Source: Candidatus Kuenenia stuttgartensis (GTDB lineage Bacteria > Planctomycetota > Brocadiia > Brocadiales > Brocadiaceae). From it: DNA of 32,000 nt. Positions 9,195 to 17,819 of this stretch are shown piece after piece. The notes beneath the pieces were generated by a model. That model saw nothing but the letters and a program-made list of their open reading frames with translations. It ran no database searches and was not told where the DNA came from. Positions within the stretch are counted from its first letter, which is position 1. Each line of letters starts with the position of its first letter. Made by a program: the position numbers and the translations under genes. The stretch is taken from NCBI RefSeq assembly GCF_900232105.1, contig NZ_LT934425.1:390001-422000 (forward strand). Direction: 5' to 3'.

Positions 9195-10196
9195 ATGAAT
9201 GAAATAAATCATTTACAATTTGAGTACTTACTTCAACTCAGCTCCGCCTACTGGAAGTCACAAGTACTATTTACCGCAATAGAATTAGATATCTTCACCG
9301 CCATTGGCAATAAACATTTAGCCGCAGAAGAACTCGCGCATAGCATTAATGCAAATGCAAAGGCAACGGAAAAGATACTCGACGCCCTTGTTTCACTCGA
9401 TCTCCTTGTGAAACAGGAAAAGCTTTATCAAAATTCACCAATAGCGAATTCCTATCTCATCAAAGGGAAACCCTTTTACCAGGGTAACGCCATCCACCAT
9501 TTTAACAATATCGCTGAAAACTGGACTATGCTGTCCCAAACGGTGAAAACTGGAGAGGCGGTCGTGTTAAAAGATTTGCCGGAAGAGGCAGACCCGCATG
9601 ATTTAAAAGACTTTATTACCGCAATGCAAAATATTGCATCGGTAAAATCACACGATATATGCGCCACAATACCTTTAAAGAACCCTAGAAATATGCTTGA
9701 TATTGCCGGAGGCCCGGGCACGTATTCCATCGAATTTGTAAAGAAATATCCTGAATTGCACGCGGTAATCTTTGACCTGAAACACGTAACAAAATTAACA
9801 CATGATTTTATTCAGGCCGCAGGGTTACAGGAAAGGATAAAAGTACAGGCGGGAAACTGCCTTGAAGATGATTTTGGCACTAATTGTTACGACACAATTC
9901 TCGTTTCCAATTTATTACACATATACAACCCTGAGAATAATATAACAATACTCAAAAAATGCTGGAAGGCATTGCAAAATGAGGGCACGTTAATTATTCA
10001 TGAATTTGTTCTTGATGAAACAAAAACACATCCTCAGTTTGCCGCACTTTTTAGTCTTAATATGCTCATCGGTACACAGGAAGGGGCGTCTTATAGCGAG
10101 ACAGAGTATCGTTCCTGGCTGAAAACAGTTGGTTGTAACAAAATCACACGCACCGATCTGCAATCAAACTCTTCGTTAATTATTGGCAAAAAATAA
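9195..10196 (+). CDS. SAM-dependent O-methyltransferase, hydroxyneurosporene-type / methyltransferase-2 family (candidate BzaC-like)
   Basis: MLDIAGGPGTYSIEFVKKYPELHAVIFDLKHV SAM-binding motif, N-terminal winged-helix/dimerisation-like region, NLLHIYNPENN, ILKKCWKALQNEGTLIIHEFVLDE. Confidence 0.88.
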   Translation: MNEINHLQFEYLLQLSSAYWKSQVLFTAIELDIFTAIGNKHLAAEELAHSINANAKATEKILDALVSLDLLVKQEKLYQNSPIANSYLIKGKPFYQGNAIHHFNNIAENWTMLSQTVKTGEAVVLKDLPEEADPHDLKDFITAMQNIASVKSHDICATIPLKNPRNMLDIAGGPGTYSIEFVKKYPELHAVIFDLKHVTKLTHDFIQAAGLQERIKVQAGNCLEDDFGTNCYDTILVSNLLHIYNPENNITILKKCWKALQNEGTLIIHEFVLDETKTHPQFAALFSLNMLIGTQEGASYSETEYRSWLKTVGCNKITRTDLQSNSSLIIGKK

Positions 10197-10627
10197 ACAA
10201 TCGTAATGACCGAATAAAATAAAGTAACGGATTTCATCCTCCTTCACAAGCAACAGTTCATGGAGGGCTCATAATAAAAAAGAATTGCAAAAACGTTTTT
10301 ATGACCAATAAGGGCAAAAACGTTACTGGTTCAAATTACTTGAAATAAGTCCTTTTATTTGATAACTTAGCACACATTTTCCCGCGATTTATACTATTGT
10401 TTTAAATTACATGTATGAATAGTGAATTTTTGTAGCAATTTAGTTTTTTTCGAAAAATTCCGATAATAGGGATGTTTGTCACATATCGTAGAATTTTTTT
10501 AAATGGGCAATCCATCTAACACTTTTATCAAGAAGAAAGGAGAAAGTAGAAAGTAGAGATTTACCACTGATTACTAGCTATTTTATTTTGTTTTACCGCT
10601 TATTTATCATAAGGAAAGGGGAATTTG

Positions 10628-12442
10628 ATGATAAAAAAACGCTTTTTAGGGCTACCTTTAGTATCTGTTTTACTTTTTACAATGACATTCTTATGTATAA
10701 ACGATCATATCGCTTATGGTCAATTGCCACAGCCAACAAGAACTCAGCCTCAACCAGGATTTTCTCCAAGGCCTCAGCCTACTGGCACTCAGCCGCAACC
10801 AGGATTTTCTCCAAGGCCTAGGCCTACTGGCACACAGCCTCAACCGGGATTTTCTCCACGACCTCAGCCTACTGGCACTCAGCCTCAACCGGGATTCTCT
10901 CCACGGCCTCAGCCTACTGGCACTCAGCCGCAACCAGGATTTTCTCCAAGGCCTAGGCCTACTGGCACTCAGCCTCAACCGGGATTCTCTCCACGGCCTC
11001 GGCCTACAGGCACCCAGCCTCAACCAGCACCTACACCTGGTGTTGTAACTCCTCAAATATCGGGTGGATGGTCTCATTCGTTAGCACTAGACTCCGAAGG
11101 AAAGTTATGGGCGTGGGGACTTAATGAAGACGGGCAGTTGGGCGATGGCACAAACGACAGCCAAACAACCCCTGTAGCTGTTCAAATAAATGCTCTTACT
11201 ACCATTACTGCCGTAGATTGTGGTGGAGATCATAGTATGGCGCTTGACTCACTCGGCAGAGTTTGGGCATGGGGTTATAACGGTGACGGAGAGCTTGGCG
11301 GTGGAACAACGGAGAATAACAGTAATGTTCCCGTTCCCGTTCCCGTACCTAACCTTACCGATATAATTGCCATTTCTGCCGGAGGCGAATACAGTATTGC
11401 TTTATCATCTGACGGTTCTGTTTTAACATGGGGTGCAAACAGTGACGGGCAGCTCGGCAATGGCAATACTGACCAGAATAGCGTTCCTACTAAAATAAGC
11501 AGCCTACCATTGATGAAAGGAATTTCTGCCGGAGAAGCTCATAGTCTTGCCGTAACAGAAGACGGCTTTGTTTATGCCTGGGGATTAAATGATGAAGGGC
11601 AAATTGGCAATGGCGAAAAGAGCGCGGACAATCCTGTTTTAAATCCTGTACAAGTTCAAGGATTGACTGATATTGATGCAGTTTGCGCAGGAGCCACATT
11701 CAGTTTGGCGCTCGGCATTGACGGAAGGGTATGGGCATGGGGACTTAATGATGAAGGACAATTAGGTGATGGCACGAATACCAACAGCACCACACCCGTA
11801 GAAGTTACAAACCTTGCAAAAATTTCCGCAGTTGCCTGTGGAAGTGACCACAGCCTTGCAATACGAAATGGCAAAGTAAAATCCTGGGGATTAAACGATG
11901 AAGGACAGCTTGGCGACGGTTCAACGAGAAGCAGTTCTGCACCTCTTGACGTTACCGGTTTGTCGGACATCGTATATGTTGCAGCAGGAGAATCTCATAG
12001 CCTGGCAATCACCTCAAAAGGCAACATATATGTGTGGGGATTAAATGGAGATGGTCAATTGGGCGATGGGACGAACAGGAGCAGCAGGACGCCAAAAACG
12101 ATTGATTTGAATCTCGGCGTGACTGCAGTTGAAGGTCCCGGGGAATGCGAAACAGACGACATTGAAGCAGACCCAAAAAAGTTAAAGCTCAAAGTCGGAA
12201 AAAGCACAGAAGTAACATTAACATTAACGGGAGAAGATGGTTGTCTGGTTGAAGGAGAAAGTATTACGGTAAAACTGAATTCATCCGGAAAACGACGTGT
12301 TTCTATCTCTCCGAGCAAGCTAACATCAGACGAAAATGGCAATGCATCCTTTACCGCTACCGCAAATGCGAAAGGCAAAGCCAAGATCACTGCCAAAGCC
12401 GGCAGCAGTAAGGTGAAAATAAAGGTAAAAGTTAAGGAATAA
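10628..12442 (+). CDS. Secreted RCC1/ATS1-repeat protein with Pro/Thr-rich linker and C-terminal Ig-like (invasin/Big-type) domain
   Basis: Signal peptide. About seven GG/AGxxHSLAL...WAWGxNxxGQLGDGT RCC1 units. C-terminal VTLTLTGEDG...ISPSKLTSDENGNASFTATA. Shine-Dalgarno aaggaaagggg. Confidence 0.87.
   Translation: MIKKRFLGLPLVSVLLFTMTFLCINDHIAYGQLPQPTRTQPQPGFSPRPQPTGTQPQPGFSPRPRPTGTQPQPGFSPRPQPTGTQPQPGFSPRPQPTGTQPQPGFSPRPRPTGTQPQPGFSPRPRPTGTQPQPAPTPGVVTPQISGGWSHSLALDSEGKLWAWGLNEDGQLGDGTNDSQTTPVAVQINALTTITAVDCGGDHSMALDSLGRVWAWGYNGDGELGGGTTENNSNVPVPVPVPNLTDIIAISAGGEYSIALSSDGSVLTWGANSDGQLGNGNTDQNSVPTKISSLPLMKGISAGEAHSLAVTEDGFVYAWGLNDEGQIGNGEKSADNPVLNPVQVQGLTDIDAVCAGATFSLALGIDGRVWAWGLNDEGQLGDGTNTNSTTPVEVTNLAKISAVACGSDHSLAIRNGKVKSWGLNDEGQLGDGSTRSSSAPLDVTGLSDIVYVAAGESHSLAITSKGNIYVWGLNGDGQLGDGTNRSSRTPKTIDLNLGVTAVEGPGECETDDIEADPKKLKLKVGKSTEVTLTLTGEDGCLVEGESITVKLNSSGKRRVSISPSKLTSDENGNASFTATANAKGKAKITAKAGSSKVKIKVKVKE
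10757..11026 (+). repeat. Six tandem 45-nt units encoding GFSPRP(Q/R)PTGTQPQP
   Basis: Direct reading of translated units in phase; 6 x 45 = 270 bp. Confidence 0.93.
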
Positions 12443-12465
12443 CCGTTTTACCTTGCAAGTAATTT

Positions 12466-12505
12466 AAAAAAGGGGTATTTCATTTAAAATGAAATACCCC
12501 TTTTT
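12466..12505 (+). terminator. Rho-independent (possibly bidirectional) terminator between convergent genes
   Basis: AAAAAGGGGTATTTCAT-loop-ATGAAATACCCCTTTTT, located just after the RCC1 gene stop. Confidence 0.88.
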
Positions 12506-12531
12506 GTTTATGCCTTTTCTCCAAATAATCT

Positions 12532-13152
12532 CTAAACAGACAGATTTTTAATCTGCATCATGATTTCATTCGTGATTTCAACCACTCTTTCCCTGTCATC
12601 CTTCCCTATTCCCACATTCTCAAAAGTAACGGGTAGTCCAAAGTATATTTTAATTTTTGTTCTTTTGGGTATCTTTGCCCCTTTTGGTAATGCTTCATAT
12701 GTACCTGCTATGAATGCAGGCACAACCGGGGCGCCACTTTTAAGCACAAAGAAACCTATGCCCGGGTTTCCCGGTTGCAATATTCCTTCCTTACTAACGC
12801 CGCCTTCCGGAAAAATCCCTAAAACACCTTTTTTTTTAAGCACACCTAACCCCTCTCTTATTGAAGAAGTATTTGGTCCGCTCTGCCGCACACAAATACA
12901 ATGTAACAACTTGAAAAACCATTTCAACTTCCCTTCATAATACAACTCGGTCATTAAAAACGAAATACGCCTCGAAAACATTGCCTGAAGCACAATTGGG
13001 TCCATATAGCTGAAATGATTTGCCGCAACGATAAGCGGGCCGGTACGAGGTATGTAATCCTTATTTACCGATTCTATCTGATAAATTGCCTTTAACAAAA
13101 CAATACCCAGGAGCTTTAAAATCAGGAAAAAACACTCGTTTAAAATACTCAC
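12532..13152 (-). CDS. 1-acyl-sn-glycerol-3-phosphate acyltransferase (PlsC-like)
   Basis: NHFSYMDPIV (NHx4D), GVFPEGGVSKEG, GAPVVPAFIAGTYEALP. The ORF track opens at 13266, but the 5' part is repeat-derived; GTG at 13152 with upstream AAGGAG is the more likely start. Confidence 0.87.
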   Translation of the reverse strand: MSILNECFFLILKLLGIVLLKAIYQIESVNKDYIPRTGPLIVAANHFSYMDPIVLQAMFSRRISFLMTELYYEGKLKWFFKLLHCICVRQSGPNTSSIREGLGVLKKKGVLGIFPEGGVSKEGILQPGNPGIGFFVLKSGAPVVPAFIAGTYEALPKGAKIPKRTKIKIYFGLPVTFENVGIGKDDRERVVEITNEIMMQIKNLSV

Positions 13153-13217
13153 ATCCTCTCTCTTTCTCCTTAGTAAAATAATCTTTTTAAAAAAATCGCG
13201 GTATTTGCCGCATATTG

Positions 13218-13289
13218 TAGTGGCGAAGCATTTGCTATAAATTGTCATAAATGCATTCATACCCAAACGGGCAAATGCTTCGCCCCTAC
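13218..13289. repeat. Small palindromic dispersed repeat, copy B (72 bp), inverted relative to 1599..1671
   Basis: The reverse complement matches copy A with only a few mismatches, and the flanking CTACTTTTTCAAAAAACTAAA is shared. Confidence 0.85.
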
Positions 13290-13525
13290 TTTTTCAAAAA
13301 ACTAAATTATCACAAAGTGTTACTTTTTTTAAAAAAATCTTTTAAAAACACCGCATAAAACAGTAAATAGAGCGCTGCATTGCATCTTATAAAGCGATAT
13401 TGTATCATTTGGATATATTCAATCTACTTAATTAAATGCTTAAGCAGCCCAATCTTTTCGCTAGGCAAAGAACAAACCCAAACCCACTTTTTCAAAAAAC
13501 TAAATTATCACTGGAAAATCAGATA

Positions 13526-16500
13526 ATGTATGAACCTATTGATCGTAAAATACGGGAGTTAGCGGTATCGGAACAACACAAAAATATTGTGCTTACCGCC
13601 GGTGCAGGAACGGGGAAAACAACTATCCTCGTACAAAGGATACTCCACCTGCTTCTGGCACATAAAAGCCTCCAATCCGAAGAAAGCCCTATTCTAAAAA
13701 TTATTGCGTTAACCTTTACAGAAAAGGCGGCAAGTGAAATGAAAATCCGTCTTATGGAGGAACTGGAAAAAATCGTGGCCGCAATGAAAGGTATATGCAG
13801 ACCAGAAGAAAGCTCACAAGTCAATAATTTTATCTCCGACTTGCAAACCACTTATCACACGACATACAGTGAGATTGAACGCCGGGCAGTACAATCTCTG
13901 GCAGATATGGACAAGGCTATGATTTGTACAATTCACAGTTTTGCCGCATATATTTTACGCATGTTTCCGATAGAATCGGGAGTAGCGCCAGGTTTCACCG
14001 TTGATGAAGGGTCTGTATTCGAAGATCTTTTTGAGAAAGAATGGTCTGACTGGCTGGAACTGGAATTGTCGCTTACCTCAAAAAATACCGTAACATGGAA
14101 AAATGTGCTAACGAGAACCGAGCTGGAAACAATTAAGTCGTTTGCAAAACGTTTATCAGATTTTACGATTCCCTTGGATACGCTGACACAGAAAACCGGC
14201 GATCCCGCAGTTCTTGATGTTTTATTAAATTCCTATTGCGACAGTATCAACGCCCTTCTCCTAAAATGCGGGAAACCGGACAATAAACTCTTATTACAAC
14301 TACAGGAATTTCTTACTATTTTTAATGAACTAAAAACCCAAGGCTTTCATTACTTAAGCAGTTTACATTATAACTTCGGGAAAACAATCTCTAAGGCGAA
14401 AAGCGGTTGGGAGGAAGCAGATGTACTTGTTGCGCAGGACATTGTTAAAAAATGCCGTATTCTTTTAAGAAAATTGCAACGTGTTGACGAATCTTTCATT
14501 ACTACGGCGCTAAACCTTGTTTTGCCATTTTGCAAAACCTTTCGACAAACATATCTGTCCCAGGGATACATCTCATTTGACGGGCTTCTTACCCTTGCCA
14601 GAAATTTGCTGCAAAACAACGCTTATCGCTCTATAAGGACATCGCTCAAAAAGAATTTTTCGGCAATCCTCGTGGATGAATTTCAGGATACAGATCCCAT
14701 CCAATACGATATCATCCTCTTTCTTTCCGAAATGGTAAACCACCACAGCGACACCATACACGGTATTCCACTTGAACCCGGGAAACTCTTTATCGTTGGA
14801 GACCCGAAACAATCTATTTACTCCTTTCGCAGGGCGGATATCGAAGCATACGAACACGTTGTCAAACAAATTTGTAATAATGAAGCGCCTCTCAGTCTGC
14901 TGGAAAATTTTAGAAGCCATTCCGGTATTGTAAACGCAGTAAACGATCTTTTCGGTGAAAAAATAATTACCGAACAACAAGGGTTACAACCCAAATACAT
15001 TCCTATTCATGCAAAACGCATTCAGTCAGACCCCTTTCAAAGAATTGAAATTATCAGTGTTTCTGATACAAATGGAGAAGAACTGACTGCAGAAGCGGCA
15101 AGAGAGGCTGAAGCGGATTGGATAGCAAAATGGATAAAAAATAATGTCTTTTACGACAATGGAGGAGATACGTCTGCCGATGCTGCTACCTCTTACAAAT
15201 TGAAATATAAAGACATCGCCTTGCTTTTGCGTTCATTTACACAGATACGGCCCTATGTTGAATCATTTAAAGAACATGACATACCGTTTATTGCAGAAGG
15301 GGAGAAATATTTTTATACCACCCAGGAAGTTATTGATTTTATGAATCTTTTGCGGACGATTGAAAACCCTTATGATACCATCGCCCTGGTGGGTACCTTA
15401 CGTTCGCCCTTCGCCGGTTTGACGGATAATGAAATATATCTCCTCAAGATAAATGACCTTCTCGATTATCGCAAAACAATTTCAGATAACATTGACATAG
15501 ACGCGACTATAGGCGACTTTTACTCATTTCTCAGGAAATATAATGTACGTTCGCGGATTATACCCGTCTCTCACCTCATTTCAGAAATCATCAATGATCC
15601 CCGCTTTGCCGGCATAACAGCAAGCGCATGGCAGGGAGAACAAAAACTTGCGAACCTTAAGAAATTTTACCGGACAGCATGCAAGTTGGAGCAAATTCAG
15701 GGTATTTCACTTAAACATTTTATAAACAATATGAAAAAATACATCGATGAGGCAAGAGAAGAAGGAGAAAGCCCGCTTTCCGATGAGACACTAGATGTGG
15801 TAAAAATCCTTACTATCCATAAATCAAAAGGGTTGGAATTCCCTGTTGTAATTCTGGGCAATCTGCACGGTGAAGCAAAAAAGGAGAATGAGACCCTGGA
15901 TTCCGTCGCATTTGACTGGAACACCTCCACCACGGGAATAGTACTTGGCAAAGGGGAGCAACAACTGAGGAATCTGCAGAGCATCATTCTTGAAAACAAA
16001 ATAAATGAACGTACGTGGGAAGAAGAAAAACGGGTCTTGTATGTCGCCATGACAAGGGCTAAGGAACGGCTGATTCTCACCGGTGCATTAAAGGATAACG
16101 ACAAATCTTATATTGGATTAATTATGAAATCTTTATCTGATGCGTATGACATATCGCTTAACAACGAACCCGAAACGCCTTCCGGCCATGTCAGGAAAAT
16201 AGTTTTTGGAAATAGCGAAATATTTCTTGAAAATTTCAACTATACCGGCGCGAGACGCTTTGTTTCAAAAACCGCAGAAAAAACGTGGGATATTGACTGG
16301 AATTCATTTGTCCGAATATGGAATGACCGGAAACAATCAATGTTTGCAGAAACAGAAAAACCATTATTTACTTCTCCTTCTGCTTTAAGTGAAGAAATAT
16401 CACCAGTGCACTATGAAACTCCCACACACAACAAACACATTGATTCTGCGGAAATACAGCAGGAATATGCCGCTGCAATTGGTTCTTTATGCCATCAGAT

Positions 16501-17032
16501 TTTAGAGAAATGGGACTTTCAGGGAACGTTGCAGGCACTTTATGATTTGATAACATCTTCAGTCACAATACATTTCACCAATGCAAGCCTTCACCACACG
16601 ATAATTCATCTTATAAAAACAGAAGCTGTTACTATACTTACTGCTTTTTTTCATTCGAAGGCATACAATGAACTAAAGAATGCAAGGATACTTGGACGTG
16701 AAATACCAATACTTCTGCATTGGGAAGGGCAAATAATGAGAGGTACAATTGATATTATTTATGAATTTGAAAATCAAATAATTATCGCCGATTATAAGAC
16801 AGACTACGCTTCATCGATTGAGGATAACCCTGCTCTAACAAACACCTGCCATGAAGAAGATGCATTCAGTAATGCGGAAAAAATAAACATGAATATTTCC
16901 TCTCCAACATACACGCCCAAATACCATCACCAAAAAACCATTTATACGGAAGCGGTAAAACGTTGTCTTAAAATTAACAATCCTCTATTTAAACTCATTT
17001 TCCTGCGAAACGGAACGTCTGTATTCATTTGA
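13526..17032 (+). CDS. AddA/RecB-like UvrD-family helicase with C-terminal nuclease domain
   Basis: Walker A VLTAGAGTGKTTILVQRI, ILVDEFQDTDPIQYDI, FIVGDPKQSIYSFRRADIEAY, TIHKSKGLEFPVVILGN, LYVAMTRAKERL, and the C-terminal MRGTIDIIYEFENQIIIADYKTDY (D...DYKTD) nuclease motif. ATG at 13526; the ORF upstream to 13436 is probably not coding. Confidence 0.9.
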   Translation: MYEPIDRKIRELAVSEQHKNIVLTAGAGTGKTTILVQRILHLLLAHKSLQSEESPILKIIALTFTEKAASEMKIRLMEELEKIVAAMKGICRPEESSQVNNFISDLQTTYHTTYSEIERRAVQSLADMDKAMICTIHSFAAYILRMFPIESGVAPGFTVDEGSVFEDLFEKEWSDWLELELSLTSKNTVTWKNVLTRTELETIKSFAKRLSDFTIPLDTLTQKTGDPAVLDVLLNSYCDSINALLLKCGKPDNKLLLQLQEFLTIFNELKTQGFHYLSSLHYNFGKTISKAKSGWEEADVLVAQDIVKKCRILLRKLQRVDESFITTALNLVLPFCKTFRQTYLSQGYISFDGLLTLARNLLQNNAYRSIRTSLKKNFSAILVDEFQDTDPIQYDIILFLSEMVNHHSDTIHGIPLEPGKLFIVGDPKQSIYSFRRADIEAYEHVVKQICNNEAPLSLLENFRSHSGIVNAVNDLFGEKIITEQQGLQPKYIPIHAKRIQSDPFQRIEIISVSDTNGEELTAEAAREAEADWIAKWIKNNVFYDNGGDTSADAATSYKLKYKDIALLLRSFTQIRPYVESFKEHDIPFIAEGEKYFYTTQEVIDFMNLLRTIENPYDTIALVGTLRSPFAGLTDNEIYLLKINDLLDYRKTISDNIDIDATIGDFYSFLRKYNVRSRIIPVSHLISEIINDPRFAGITASAWQGEQKLANLKKFYRTACKLEQIQGISLKHFINNMKKYIDEAREEGESPLSDETLDVVKILTIHKSKGLEFPVVILGNLHGEAKKENETLDSVAFDWNTSTTGIVLGKGEQQLRNLQSIILENKINERTWEEEKRVLYVAMTRAKERLILTGALKDNDKSYIGLIMKSLSDAYDISLNNEPETPSGHVRKIVFGNSEIFLENFNYTGARRFVSKTAEKTWDIDWNSFVRIWNDRKQSMFAETEKPLFTSPSALSEEISPVHYETPTHNKHIDSAEIQQEYAAAIGSLCHQILEKWDFQGTLQALYDLITSSVTIHFTNASLHHTIIHLIKTEAVTILTAFFHSKAYNELKNARILGREIPILLHWEGQIMRGTIDIIYEFENQIIIADYKTDYASSIEDNPALTNTCHEEDAFSNAEKINMNISSPTYTPKYHHQKTIYTEAVKRCLKINNPLFKLIFLRNGTSVFI

Positions 17033-17208
17033 CGCTTCAAAAGGACACGAGTTTTGTAACTTCTCAAAAAGTTGTAGTAGTTGCAGTTGGTAGAAGGTAG
17101 AAGGGGAAATTCATTGAGGGACAAGTTTTGCCTCCATTAACTCCGCACTTCAGTGCGAAGATACCGTAAAATACCCCGGCGTTAGTCATGACTTTCAGCT
17201 ATGCCGTA

Positions 17209-17242
17209 ACCCTGACAGGATTTTCAAGCCCTGTCAGGATTA
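17209..17242. repeat. Degenerate copy of the AACCCTGACAGGGTTT..AACCCTGTCAGGGTT palindrome seen inside the 142/143-bp elements
   Basis: aaccctgacaggattttcaagccctgtcaggatt. Confidence 0.65.
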
Positions 17243-17437
17243 AAACCGGCAATTACTTATTCATTAAAACGCATTTGGTTAACGTTGCTTTCGTGCTCGC
17301 ACCCAAACTCCTGTTTGGGAACGTAATTGCACTGGAAACTACATTCGTGGGTTCAGGCTTCGTCTGGAATTCAGGCAAACGGTTGCAAACCTGAACCCAC
17401 CGGGAGTCGTGTAATGTTTACGCCGAATAGTAACTAT

Positions 17438-17809
17438 TTATTTCTTCTTTTTTGCACTTGGTTTTGCAGTTGCCTTTGATTGTGTTTTCGGTTTTGCTTT
17501 TGGTTGTTGTTGTGATTTTGCTTGTGGTTTTGTTTTTACAGCTTTTTTTGTAACGGTTGTTCCTGTTTTTTTCTTTTCTTTTGCTAATGGCGCAGGATTA
17601 CAGAGTTGGTCCCGTTTGGAAGCAATGCGACCGCAGGAATTACATACATATTTAAGTGTCACAAGCTTAGGCGCACACACATGGCGCGGGTCGCTGGTTA
17701 ACGCACCGCAATAATAACATGCTATCGCCCTTTGCATCTCGATAGGTTTACATAAATGCCCTTTGTTCGTTGTCGTCATACCACACGTTTCACACGTATA
17801 AACAGCCAT
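17438..17809 (-). CDS. Small protein with three CxxCGx(n)(H/Q)xC zinc-ribbon/knuckle-like units and a Lys/Ala/Pro-rich C-terminal tail
   Basis: CETCGMTTTNKGHLC, CYYCGALTSDPRHVC, CNSCGRIASKRDQLC, then a KPKTQSKATAKPSAKKKK tail. Strong Shine-Dalgarno TAGGAGGAG; start 10 nt after the stop of the upstream gene. Confidence 0.8.
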   Translation of the reverse strand: MAVYTCETCGMTTTNKGHLCKPIEMQRAIACYYCGALTSDPRHVCAPKLVTLKYVCNSCGRIASKRDQLCNPAPLAKEKKKTGTTVTKKAVKTKPQAKSQQQPKAKPKTQSKATAKPSAKKKK

Positions 17810-17819
17810 AATTCTCCTC

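Noticed and set aside
10757-11026. Possible CRISPR-like array
   Set aside because: The 45-bp units are directly abutting and in phase with a coding frame, with no spacers. The same applies to 4651..4995. No cas genes are present.
10691-11077. Antisense ORFs across the Pro-rich repeats (10691..11077 minus, 10716..11048 plus)
   Set aside because: Open only because the 45-bp repeat unit lacks stops in those frames; no independent support.
13153-13266. N-terminal extension of the PlsC ORF (MGMNAFMTIYSKCFATT...)
   Set aside because: Encoded partly by the 72-bp dispersed repeat and upstream of a better GTG start with a Shine-Dalgarno site at 13152.
13436-13525. N-terminal extension of the helicase ORF
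   Set aside because: Non-conserved, contains the TTTTTCAAAAAACTAAA intergenic motif; ATG 13526 begins the recognisable protein.
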